Source of the DNA: Acanthaster planci
Lineage: Eukaryota
DNA: 64,000 nucleotides
NCBI RefSeq assembly: GCF_001949145.1
Contig: NW_019091356.1
Coordinates: 3,578,934-3,642,933, forward strand
Reading direction: 5' to 3'
The notes under the pieces were generated by a model. It had not been told where the DNA came from. It saw only the letters and a list, made by a program, of their open reading frames with translations, and did not search any database. The translations under genes were made by a program, and so were the position numbers. Positions 12,601-24,780 of the stretch are shown here, one piece after another. The stretch's first letter is position 1; the number at the start of each line of letters is the position of its first letter.

Positions 12601-13013
12601 CAAAGATTGTATAGCGCCGCGTAGCAGCGCAACATAGTGAACTCGGCCAAAAATGTGTTATCACCATGGGCGCCATTCGAGTGTGAACGTTAATCCATAG
12701 GCGCAGGCATACCAAGTGTGCGTGCCTGTCGCGGTGCCTGCACCTGTTGCGTTAACGGACCGAATGTTTTGGAAACGAGTGGATTCGGCTTAGACTTTGG
12801 TTTTGCTGGTTCCAGCCATTTTGAAGCAGCATTTGAAACCACATGGTCAAGCTCTGATAGGAACCAGCGAAAAGGAAGTCTAAGCCGAATCCACTCTTTT
12901 CGAAAACGTTCACAGCGTATTCCTACCCAATGGCGCCCATTCGATAACGTTTTATGCATATTCACGATGAAGTTCTCCATCTTGCACTGCTATGCGGTGC
13001 TATACGATCTTTG
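12601..13013. mobile_element. Non-autonomous DNA transposon (MITE) with long TIRs and 8-bp TSD (P or hAT superfamily)
   Basis: Termini CAAAGAT(T/C)GTATAGC..GC.TAGCAG.GCAA are inverted. Inner inverted pair at 12762-12813 / 12860-12911. Direct repeat ATGGTGAC at 12593-12600 and 13014-13021. Confidence 0.85.
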
Positions 13014-13128
13014 ATGGTGACAATGGTGACCGATGGTTGGAACCTACAAAGTTGTATATTTGGAAACAAGGTGATAGGCTAAGAATGAGGAAGGGGTTGA
13101 AACTGAAAAAAGGCACATGGGACAGTTT

Positions 13129-13446
13129 AGGTTGAAGCGTTGGGTTGAGGTGGTGGGTTGNNNNNNNNNNNNNNNNNNNNNNNNNNNNNNNNNNNNNNNN
13201 NNNNNNNNNNNNNNNNNNNNNNNNNNNNNNNNNNNNNNNNNNNNNNNNNNNNNNNNNNNNNNNNNNNNNNNNNNNNNNNNNNNNNNNNNNNNNNNNNNNN
13301 NNNNNNNNNNNNNNNNNNNNNNNNNNNNNNNNNNNNNNNNNNNNNNNNNNNNNNNNNNNNNNNNNNNNNNNNNNNNNNNNNNNNNNNNNNNNNNNNNNNN
13401 TTGAGGTGCTGGGTTGAGGTGCAAGGTTGAAGCGTTGGGTTGAGGC
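13129..13446. repeat. GGGTTGAGG/GGTTGAAGCGTT minisatellite spanning assembly gap 13161-13400
   Basis: The same motif flanks both sides of the N run and abuts the exon donor at 13452. Confidence 0.7.
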
Positions 13447-13452
13447 ACTTAC

Positions 13453-13658
13453 CCGGATCAGCTCTTGCTGCTGCTGTTGATGCTGCTTGGCCAGCTGCTC
13501 CTGTTGCTGCTTGAACTGACTGATGAGGACCTGCTGCTGCCACTGCTGCTGCTGCTTGAGCTCCAGTAGCTCATTCTGCAGCTGGCGGGCCGCCTCGGGG
13601 TTGAGCCGGGTCGGCAGGTCACCAGGACCAACGGGCACCTGGCTGCTGGCCACATCTT
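13453..13658 (-). CDS. HDAC4: HDAC exon: DVASSQVPVGPGDLPTRLNPEAARQLQNELLELKQQQQWQQQVLISQFKQQQEQLAKQHQQQQQELIR (Q-rich domain)
   Basis: Polypyrimidine tract + cag acceptor; donor CGG|GTAAGT. Matches the class IIa Q-rich N-terminal domain (LQ.ELL.LKQ.QQ.Q.Q.LI..FQ.Q.EQL..QH). Confidence 0.93.
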
Positions 13659-14904
13659 CTGTTCCCACAGGCAAGGGGGAAAAAAAGGAAAGAGAATGTC
13701 CAATCAGCTCATCTGTCCTACCATCTTTGGTGGATTTCAGCCATCCAATGATCTCGGACCTGTAGAACCCCAAGTATTTGGGTTTCGTGTTTTTCTTGTA
13801 AAACTTCACACTTGTCACTATCTGTCTTCTGGTTGGTCAGCTGGTATCATCCAAGTGGACGTTGACTGTCAACATTTCAGAACTTTCCCACCATCAGACC
13901 CATTCTTTTGACGTTTTCTTTCAAGTTAGGTGGCCCTTCTAATTTAAAATTCTGAACCTTCTAACCTGCCCTCATTTTTCACACCTTCCAAAATTTACGA
14001 GAGCGATACGGTATACACATTAAAGGAGTAGAAACATACTGCAGTGAGGACTGACAATCTCAGCCTGGATTAAGTACGGAAAAAGAACAAATTCATCATT
14101 TCATTGTTTCGTACACTGAGGCAGAGACAGATTTCAATCTCTCTGCGTACAGTATCAGTTGATTGAAAACTTGCACTGACTACCCAAGAAAACTTCGAAG
14201 TTCAACCATTAAACTTGTCTGTTGCAACTATTCCGAGAAGCCACTTGAAACTACTGACTGTCAGTTGGGGAAAACAAATTCCACTTTACAAAGGGCAATC
14301 TGATATTTATGAGTCCGGGCAATGTCGCTTTATCAAATTCCACAGACATTTGAGGAGAGGCAAAATCACCGGCTACAAATGTTCCAGAGTCGTATTCCAG
14401 GTTATTCAACTGGGAATTAAAAAAAAAAAAAAAAGGAAGCAAATGTGACCCACTGGGAAATGTTAAACAGGATATCTTGCGATCCAAGGGTAAGATATTT
14501 CCAGGAATTTTATCGACCTCAACCCCGGGATGGGACCCTTTGTCATACATGTACCTTTCAGGTGCATACTGTTGAAGTGGGTCTCAATGTTCACGCTTTC
14601 GTGGCCTCCTCCAACGGTAGATTCTGCAGACATGAGGAAGAAAAACAAATTACATGAATCGTAAAGTAATGTTTAACTATCGGCCGCGACGGCTTGATTA
14701 GTGGTGCGGATGGCTTGGTCACACGAATCCACAGAGTGGCCCAGTTGGTGGGTGGAATCGGCCATGGGTACTGATAGGTGCATGGTTAAACCAATGGCTC
14801 TGTATGGGGTGAAAGATCCGGTGTTCAATTCCACACAAACTTGCCCGCAGATTACAGCCGCTCCTTGCAAGAGCATGTCTCGCTATCAACACTAACCAGC
14901 GTTG

Positions 14905-14978
14905 GTATCTTGGGAGTTGAACCTCTGACCTCTGCCATGCAATTCCAGTTGCTCTACCTAACGACCCTACATGGGTTC
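14905..14978 (-). pseudogene. Degenerate tRNA-like sequence (tRNA-derived SINE head or tRNA pseudogene)
   Basis: Minus strand GTAGGGTCGTTAGGTAGAGCA...GAGGTCAGAGGTTCAACTCCC has A-box-like and B-box-like motifs at tRNA spacing. The acceptor stem does not pair. Confidence 0.5.
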
Positions 14979-16022
14979 CACATGGGCAGCCTTCAAATCA
15001 CACAATGTTTTCTCACGCGGGAGTTGCTGATCAATCCTAATCAATCACAATTGATCTCGGCGGCATTGCCCAGCAACACAACTCACTTGTCGTTCATGGG
15101 CAACATTGTCAGCACACAATGAAGCTAACCAGTGTAACATCAACTGCACTCGAGTACAAACGGTGGAGTAAAAAAAAAACATATACAATCTCGTTGAAAA
15201 TCCAGCCTTATCATTCAAGAAAGAAATCACCTCCACGAAAGGAGGTTGCTTGTGTGGAGTAAGAACCTCTCGGCAACCAAAGCTAGATTAGAAACTGCGC
15301 TGTCCTCTAAAAATAACAGCACCCTCATGATAGTGGCCGACAAAAAAAAGGATTTGGGATAAGGAGGGAATAAGATAGGCGGCTGTTGTTGCAACTGTGA
15401 ATATAGAGCGGTGCTCAGTCATTGCAAAACAGTCTATGAATAGACCAGGCCAAGGGTATGAATGACTGGCCACTGTCTGTTTGAAGGACATCAGATATAA
15501 AAATAGCTCACTTATACCAGGACTGCCATGTAAATACATTCAGTGCACAATACATGTACCGTACAGGAACAGTTTAGAATTCTAAATACCATATACAACT
15601 ATACAAAGGCTGAGGAATTTCAACCTATCTACATGGAACTTGCGTTTAGAAAATTGACAGACTTTTCAGACAGACAGCTGTACGTGTTCAACATCTAGGC
15701 TTGGAGCTACAGAGACATACATGTACATGTACATGAGCAAAGCTTGTTACGGCATTTCCAAAGATGGTGTACTGACCAATAATTCAACGAAAACATGTGT
15801 CATGAAAAAAAAATGGCCTTAACCATAAATAAGTAAACAGATCTTTGCAGTTATTTTGATAATGTGATCTGTGTTACATGCACAACAACTATATTTAAAT
15901 GCACACAGGCACAAAAGAGGCAGGCACCTGAAAGTCGTCATGTCAAGATTTCTTAGCAAAACAAAACTCCCCAAATAATATCCCACGTGCCGCTGCAAAC
16001 AACACCACCAAAAGACGCAAAC

Positions 16023-16065
16023 CTGTAGTATCTTGTTTGTCGTGGCGAGCAATTTTTAGACTCAT
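16023..16065 (-). CDS. HDAC4: Candidate alternative first coding exon MSLKIARHDKQDTT (phase 1)
   Basis: ATG at 16065, with another in-frame ATG at 16149. Donor ACAG|GTTTGC, phase matching the 13658 acceptor. TATA/MEF2 element CTATAAATAG at 16187-16178 upstream. Confidence 0.5.
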
Positions 16066-17705
16066 CCTTAAGTGGGCACAACTACGTGCGTCAAGCTTGC
16101 CGGGCCAAGCATAAATTCGATACAAGCGATTTGCCCGATGGCTTGTCATCCGACAATATCACAGCGGCGAAGTGGGTCTATTTATAGAGCTTTTGATTTC
16201 TCTCTTTCCGAGCGTGTGTGTGTAGTGTGTGTGAGCGTCAACAAGGGACAAGCCCTGGATGCAGCAACAGCACAGAGTGGGACATGTGTGTAATGAAGGA
16301 CCCACTGTTTTTGCCGGCGTGCATAGGTTGCGGCGAAAGGTCGGTGAAGTTTTGGATGAACATGGAGTGTTTGTGTCAATGAACTGGGCGAGTCTGGGGT
16401 GAGAGCCCAGTTGCTGTGGGGATGTATGTCCGTGTGTTAATTTAACATGGTCAGATGGAAGCATGATCTGCCGTCGTTACTGAAATCACTGGGTTTGTTG
16501 TTTGTGTTCCTGTTGGCGTGCCCGGGGGATGAAACTCTGAAGTTGTTTTGAAGTCTGAACAATTACTCTTCTGAAGTGTTCATGATTAACGTACACCAAC
16601 ATGGACGTTGGTCCGAGCCAACTTGGCAATTCTCCAGTTTCTAAACCACTTATAACCAGTTATTGACATTTAGCCTTTGTGTATCGAGCTTTATCAATGA
16701 TTTCCTACGCATTCACAATCACACAATAACCTTTACCCGCCTTTTACGGGCATCATACAAGTCATCTCACCGATCATTTATGCATCTCTCTTTGGGAGGA
16801 TCTTTGGAGATTGGCTCATGAGGAATATTCACACTGCTTTCCAAAGGCGAGTGTTGAGGCATTTGCCACAATGAATTGGAAATGATCTCTGTTGTCAGTG
16901 GAATGGTTGCAAGTCATGGGCAAATCTATCCAAATTTATCCATCTTACCGCTGATGATGGGCAATGTTCTTGCTCTCATTTTCCCTGAATACACAATCAG
17001 TAAAAACGTTCCCTCCGGTGAGTTTATTTTCCATGTCAAAGAATCAGAAAACAAATGTACATGTAGTTTTGGATTATGTGATAATGGCCTTTCTGAAGTG
17101 ACACACTAGTCCATGTACATATGTGACGGTTGAAAAAAAAAGGACACCCCATACACCTGTTACCATCCATCTTTCAAATGTGTTCCTGAGATGAAGCTTG
17201 GGGTGCTGTTTGCAAAGTGTGAGTCAGGGATCCGAAACCAGCTACTTGTCATGTTGTGTGTCCTTGAGCAACGCACTCTATCTGCATCTTCTCAATTGTT
17301 CTCTGGTTATAAGCCCCAAGAACAACCAAGAGAGGGCACAATTTTCCGAGCAACCGAGCTCTTTTTGTAGGAACTGCACTTTGCCGGTTTAGAAACAATG
17401 AAATGCATGCGTTACGTTGCATAGCTATCAACAGAATGAGCACTCTCGACCAACATGGCCGTCTTTCAACTTATGAGGGGGTGCTTCTGCTCAAGGCAGA
17501 TAATGCAATACGCTGTATTCTCCAGCACCGATTTTGAGACTTTTTTTTGCCAAGTGGAACGATCACACAAAACATCAACCATAAACTGGTTTCTTTTTTT
17601 CCTGGAAAGTTATCCTCTTAAACTCCTGTTACAGTGTGTAAATGATTGGATGTTGAGTTGTTGAGTGGTGAACTGAAGTGGATTAAGAATAGAAGTTGAT
17701 CTTAC

Positions 17706-17798
17706 CCCTAATGATGGGCAGCGTTCTCGCCTCGGGCATAGACCGCGCCCTCGGCCTGTCATCGTCACAGTACGGAGCGACGGACAACATTGCAGAAT
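17706..17798 (-). CDS. HDAC4: Phase 1-1 exon (D)SAMLSVAPYCDDDRPRARSMPEARTLPIIR; may also initiate at ATG 17790
   Basis: Acceptor tgtttttag|ATTCTGCA and donor AGGG|GTAAGA. 93 nt, GC-rich, open and in phase with the flanking exons. Confidence 0.7.
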
Positions 17799-19667
17799 CT
17801 AAAAACATATTGATTTCCGACAAAAAAAAAAAATTTCCACACAGTTTTTAAGTCCTGACAAAACTGGGCCTTCTTAATCCAAGAAAACTCCCATGCAGAA
17901 GTCAAACAGGCAGTTCTGCAGAAGGCAAAAACGATCCCGCACAGTGAACACAAACTTGGTCTTTGCAAAACTTGTCAAAACACTCAGTGAAGTTGATGTC
18001 TCTGATCCCGCAAAGGCAAGCACCGAGTTGAAGGACTCAACCCCCAAGCCCAAAATCCACACGGGGAAGTTGTCTGGTGTCGGGACTGCACTGAAACACA
18101 GTGCATCACAGCTGGTCGGGTGACACACAGAGAAACCAGATCCCAACACAGCTTCCAGTGCACAGTACAGGACATGCATGTGTGATTCTGCAGGTACTGT
18201 AGCCGTGATGTATACAAGTACCAGCCTGGTATTCACTAGTCTAGTTGTCAGTGTGGCCGACTCGCAGTATCGAGTGCACTATATCTGAAGCAGATCAACA
18301 ATCAAGAGGCCAGGGTGAACTTTGGAATCACCAACAAAGTTCCGGGGGACCAATAGGAACGAGCGGTTACAGCCATTGTCAGGTTGCTGATTGTAGAGTG
18401 TTTCCCTTTATGGCAAATGGCAGAGAATGGGTTTTCTGTGATAGCAACAACCATACCGGGGATTAAAAAAAAAAGTGGCCCCGCTCTTGTTCACCTCTTG
18501 GTGAGGTCAGGGTGTCAGGCTTTCCTGCAAGGAGTGTCTTGCAATCAGTAGAAATGCAAAATCTAAAAAAAAAAAAAAAAAAGAGGGGAGGGTGTTGTCA
18601 CATGAGAAACAGGATGTGAGTTGCCATGGGAATTGGACAGTTCCACGAACACAGGCTTCTGATTCCAACGGGCGTATTCTGGTTCTCTCTGGAGAGTGAG
18701 GTCTTGTATCTGTATTACTCTTGAGCTGCAATTTCCCACCAGCAGTTACTGCAGTTACTATTAATCTCTCTCTCAAACAATTTCAGAGGTTTTTTTGTTT
18801 GTAAAAAAAAAACCAAAAAAAAAACCCAACAAAACAAAGTCTTTTTATGAGTTGGCTGGTTGCAACAGAATCCAACAATGGGACAACGTGCAGCCTGCCA
18901 AATGGACTTTCAAATAAAAGAGCTTTTTTGGTCTGTTGCTCAGAGAAAACGTCCCACTTCTGCAGCTTACTTGACCAGGGTAAGGATGCGATGCGTTGGC
19001 CTTCCGTGCCAAATGTGGGAGCAGGATAAATTTTTAAAAAAAATTCCAACACTATGCTGGTACCAAAAATATATTATTGTCACACTTTCAGCTGCTGCCT
19101 CCTTCAAAATTCTGATATTTTTGCCTGTACTAAAGATCTGTCGACAGGTCAGATTAACTTAAAAAATTAAACCTGGAAGACACTAAGCACATTTGTAAGG
19201 AATGTTCTAACAAGAATTCAATTTAAACAAATTAATCGATGCTGCTCTGAAGCACAAAGATTTTCTTTCCTCTGTGGTCCTCAGTCTTAAAATAGCCCAG
19301 CATTTTTTACTTCACAAGAGACCCTTCACACCAAAATACTGAGCCCAAAGTAAACAGCAAAGACAAACCCTCCTGCTAGTTTCTCTTCTTTTGTTTTAAA
19401 TGCTGGCTAAAAGGGTCATGCCGACACTGGAGTATGTGGTGTTTACTTGGCGTCCCTGGACTTTGGGACGGGTAATCTTCCACGGTAAACATTACTTGAC
19501 TAAACTGGAAATCACTTGAGGCACCCGACGCCAACTTTGAACTCCAGAGCAGAGGGAGAACAAACGGTATCAGAGGGAACGTGGGGTTCACGAAAAATCA
19601 CACATACCGGTATCACAAGTAGTCTGTGTCACACACAAACACCCCCACCCACACCCCCAACCCTTAC

Positions 19668-19752
19668 TTGTGCACACGAATATCTTGTAATCGTGTTGTC
19701 TGGTTGCTCTCTTTCCTCGGTTTCTGCATGAATTTGTCTTTGTCAACACATT
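19668..19752 (-). other. Candidate alternative 85-nt exon (5' UTR or coding)
   Basis: Pyrimidine tract + aacag acceptor and donor CAA|GTAAGG. Open in two frames; no recognisable homology. Confidence 0.35.
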
Positions 19753-22700
19753 CTGTTCGTGGAGAAAGTCGTGAGAAGATCAAGTAATCAAAAATCAAAG
19801 AGCGGCACCCTGTGAATTTTAGACAAAACAAATCTCAGACCAAAATAAACGACTGGACACCACAGAGCGTACAAGATCTCTCGCCCCTTGGACCAGTGCG
19901 TAGTTCTCTACATAAGACACCCAGGTCTCTTCACTGGTGGCCTTTTTCAACACTGCAGAAACACCCTATCACCGATCTTGGACAATCACGGCTGGTCTAC
20001 TGCTGTGGATATTGCAGCTCTGTACCCAATAACAGGATTTTCAACTCTGGGATCAAAGCATCAACCCGTCCTCGCTGGTACCATTTAATGAAGTTTTTAT
20101 TACAAGTAGGTGGTGTTATTGATCTGATAATCACCTGCCGTGTAAAACACCACTGTCCACTTGCTGTCCACTTGTCCTTGGCTATTTTAAGCCAGTGTAT
20201 TCATCTGTGCCCTTCTTTTTTTAAGGCGGTATCATAAAACGTGTCCGTGCAGGTCAACGGCACAGGACACTCACCTACAGTACAAATTCTGGGTCACGGG
20301 TCAACGGCCATGACACACTAATGACAGAATCCCTGATGCTACCAAGTCGCTATACTATTGAAGAAGAGATGGGTGTGCATGCATCTCTGAGTACAAAGCT
20401 TCTCTGTGCTGGTACTTGAAAACTGGACTAGGTCTGGAACCAAGACCACAAGAATACAATACCGGCACACCGTCCGAAACGAGTCAGAGACGGGTACACT
20501 CATTTTCTGAGCCCATAGCAAACAAGCCGCCATGCAGGAGAAGCTATTTCCACGTACACACATGAACGTGTACGAACGGGTATACATGTTAAAACTACCA
20601 TTTGACAAAGATAAATAGCGAAACCTTTTTCACACATATCGGAATATGTACATGCAGGGGCCTCTTTTGCTGGGACATTTTCATTTAGTTATCTTCCCCT
20701 TCATGGAAATCAGAATGTTAGACTTTTCGGAATTTGAAAACTCGACACTCAGAACAGTTCCGATTAAATTAGAACAGCAGTTGGCAGGTACTGTACCAGT
20801 GTTCCACCAGCGATCATTTACATGGACACCCTCCAACACTCAGGTCCATGTGTACCATGTACATGTAACGTCCCGATACATCAATTATCATTATGCCGCC
20901 TCAGTGGATATTAAAAAACTGCAAAGTAATACACATGAACCTGGACTGCCTTTAACTGACTGTGCATGTACACTCACAATAACCCACCAAGCACGCTGCA
21001 GACATTTTTAAAGTGAAGAGAAGACAATTTATGTGCTATAGCATTAATCCAAGTCCGTAGACATTTCTGTCAAGGAACTGTCCAGATTTCCCACAAAATC
21101 TTCTGCCTTGCGGTAAACCAAGACTGGAGTACATTCTCTGTACTAACACTGATCAAGCAGCCTGAAGCTCCCACTCACAGTAAACAGTGGCTGGGCTCTA
21201 CCTTCCTCAATCCAGCCAAATCCTCCCAAAACCCTTCAGGAAGATTTGGAAAAGATCTCCGAGGGTTGGAAGTCAAAATTGCAACATGCTTAAAACGAAT
21301 TCCAAGCAAACTTCACTTCAAACACGGGATAATTCATCTAACTAAGTACATTCCGACAAAAGGATACCTCGTCACTGTACTGTGTCACCAAGTCCCCCCC
21401 CCCAAAAAAATATAAAAAAAATATAGATGTCTTCTGTCAAATTAGTTCTGATCTCACAGTGTGCTTATCCCCACCAGCCAAGCAAAGCTCTGCACGTGCG
21501 CCAGCGTGAATAGAATTCTTCAAGCGTCAACACTTATGAAGAGGCATGCTCCGCATCGCCCAAGACCAACCGGGGCCTTCTAGCAATCTCGAAATGCAAG
21601 ATGAGAGCATAGCGACAGTCTCTGCAAGGAGGAGGGGGGGTTGCTGTGATCCATTAATATCCTTGAAACGACTCGGGTCTATTTTGGTCACGGTAATGCA
21701 GGAAGTCTCGCTATTATTATCACAATCGTCCAAGGGCTGGAGACAAGGGGAGGAAGTGAGGTGATTACAACAGCCGTCTGTGACAAGACTAGCCTGGTTC
21801 TTCTCGCAGCTGGCATTTTGGAGGGGGGAAGGTATTGTGCCGAGAGTTCAAGTGACTGGTCAGCGATGGGCCAGGCTTGGGAACTGGAATTTGGTGCGAG
21901 GGGGGCTTATTACACTGGTTTATTTTTAACACCTGGGCTTAAGGAACTTTCATGAATAGGTTCCTGTAATGCAGGAAGGCTAGTTTTGAAAGGAATAGTT
22001 GACCATGGTGTTAATTTAAAAGTTAGTTTCGGGAGTAACTTTCTTACATGTTCCAGCTTGGCCACAGAGACTGATATACTCCAACCTATTTGGAGAACTT
22101 ATCCAAAATCATCAACACGTCAGTTAAGCCTGGTTTGAAACACTCAAACTGAAATCGCCGGAGAGGTGCATGTACATGAAGTAGGCACTTGTCTCACAAA
22201 GAAATTAAGTTATGGGTCACACAAGACAGTCACAACCATCACTGTGAACAGTACAGAGCAACAAACTGGCATGCAGATATAAATGCTTACATCTCATGTG
22301 GTTTTTTTATCGAAGACAAACACACTTCATGACACGTTTGTATGTTTCACGTCAAAATTGATTTTCAAAATAAGTGAGCCTTGCTCTTTTTTTTCCCCCA
22401 CATTGTCCGAAGACATCTTGAAAATTCTCATCGTGGAAACAGTAACTGGGAGGACTCTTGGGGGGGACTGAAAGGCCGGGCTCCACCAAGCTGGGAGCGC
22501 CGCATTGGCTCATTAATATCCAAGTCTGCATCTTCCCCTTACAGCGAGGCATTCTGGGACAACTCATTAAAGTAACGACGGGGTGCTAAAAATACTACAC
22601 CTAATGAGCTTAAATATCACCAGAGAGCAAGGGAAAGAAAAGAAAACTTCCCCCCCCCCCGGCTGTGCTCATTCGGAACAAAACAAATTGATCAGTCATT

Positions 22701-24780
22701 CTCGTGCACCAGGATCACATTAATGAACCCTGATGGGAAACATCTGGGTGGAGAGACACTCACACGCCAGCCACTACCCGCATCTCGATAATTAATTCTC
22801 ATGAGCTCTCCGGCCGGGGACATGTCGCTAATTTCCAAATATATCCTCCTCCAATCAGGAAAGCCAAATTTCCTATTTTTTTGGACAATTTTTTTAGACA
22901 CTGGTAGTGAATAATTTCATTCAGGGAAGAGGCATGACGATGTTGGTTTTTCACTCTTAACTTTTTTTTATTATGTGTTTCTTCTTTGAGGATGGGAACT
23001 AACAGGAAGAGCTGGGGGGGGTAAACAATGTCTGTTTTTGTTTCAATAAATTGTTCATACAGTGAAAGTTTCAGCAACTTTTTGAAATAGATGATGCTTA
23101 ACGTTTAGGCTAAACAGGGGATCTGGAGACCTATTTGAAGGCTTCTTGTTTTGTACAATTCTGGAGCATCTGCGTTTGTCCTTCAATCTAGTGGATTTTT
23201 ACCAGCAAGTCGAGCCCTGCTGCCAGTACCTACAGAATGCTAAAGAGCTGTTGTGGAAAACTCACTGCAAAAAGCGCAAGGACTGTGGATGGATGAACGT
23301 GCACCGACATCAATATCAGCTCTCCCGACCAATAGTGACGGTGCATGCCCACGGTGCCAACAATGTCGACCAATCGTGGCTACTCCTTCACACTAGGTGC
23401 GCAAGCATCTTCACACGCTGCCCGAGTACCGTCCCAACTTGATAGCGCATAATTTACATGGACACAGCATTTACAGTACATGTACCTGTACGTTTGAATC
23501 ACAAGATGTGCTTATCATGTGAGAAATTTGGGGTGACTAACCCACTAAAATTCCACGTCCACAAATCACTGATTGATTTCCTTCCTGGAAATTTGAATCC
23601 ATCATTTCACCTGAATTACATGCGACACCAAGTTTTCAAGATACATGTAGATCCAAATCCACTTGTCTACTAGCAATGCCCCCCCTCCCCCTGACTGTAA
23701 CGATGTATTTCCAGCACTGTTACGTAAAGCTGTGACTGCATGACTCATGGAATGACTTCCTGTGTGTCCACAGATCAGCATCATTCACCATGCACCAAAC
23801 ACAACTCTTTAAACACGAGCGCTTGAGACCAATCAATGCAATGTCCGCACGGAAGGCCGGACATTGAACTTCAGGCACACAAATACCCCACGACCAGAAC
23901 AGATTTAGATTCTTTTCTTTCCAAATCAGCGCCCCGCCCTGCCTCTTTCAGGACAAAAGTCTTCCCTTCCCCTCCCTTCAAAAAAACCACGGATGGAAAC
24001 CTGCCAAGTGGGCAGACAAAGATCCATAAACAGACACGCAGGCAGTGCCTCCTGAGTCACTTCTCTCTAATCGCTGTCAACATACACGTATCGAGAAATC
24101 CTGATCCCTTGTAGCTACGCAAACACTGATGTCATTCTCTATGATAATCGTTCCTCGAGATAGAACTAATTTCCTGTTATTTTTGTATCGGAGTCAATAA
24201 GATGATCAAACACTTCTACCCTCTGCAGGTGTTTTTTTTATGCGCCACCAAGACAAACAAGGATGACACGTCGTTCCTTTGTAATCGGCGTGTTAATACC
24301 AGGGCTATTCTGAGCAAACACGTACTTGTACACAATTTCACAGAGTGCAGAATTAAAATTTCATCACTTTTGAAGTGCAAAAAGTTCTAAAAAAAATTGT
24401 GTACTTCATCTTGTTCACTTGCTCACAGAATACAATGGTGCCAATGTAACAGACTTAAATTAATGTATATAATAAAACCAGAACAGTGGCAGCAAACAGT
24501 AAACAAAATCAGTTGAGGGATTTGTTTGAAATACAGGGAGAGAAAATAAACCATTTTGAAACAAAGCATGTAAATCATGTAAATGTAAACTGTAAAAAAA
24601 CAAAGGTTTACTCGATAAAAATCATGACAGAACTTAGCGTGAAAGAATTATCATGACAGAGAATGTACAATATGTCAAAACATACCTCTGTGACTTGTAA
24701 ATCCAATAAGTCAGTTCTGTCGCCAAAAAAACCAGTGGAATACACTGACTACAACTAGCCAGGAAATAGCCAGAATTTAC

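Noticed and set aside
13044..13543. ORFs spanning the 13161-13400 gap
   Set aside because: N-gap artefacts; only 13453-13658 is coding.
16437..16560. Minus-strand KPSDFS resembling a CtBP motif
   Set aside because: Frame is closed by stops and has no usable splice donor.
20275..20340. Strong donor TAG|GTGAGT
   Set aside because: Upstream ATG frame stops after 5 codons and the acceptor is weak; cannot be supported as an exon without transcript data.
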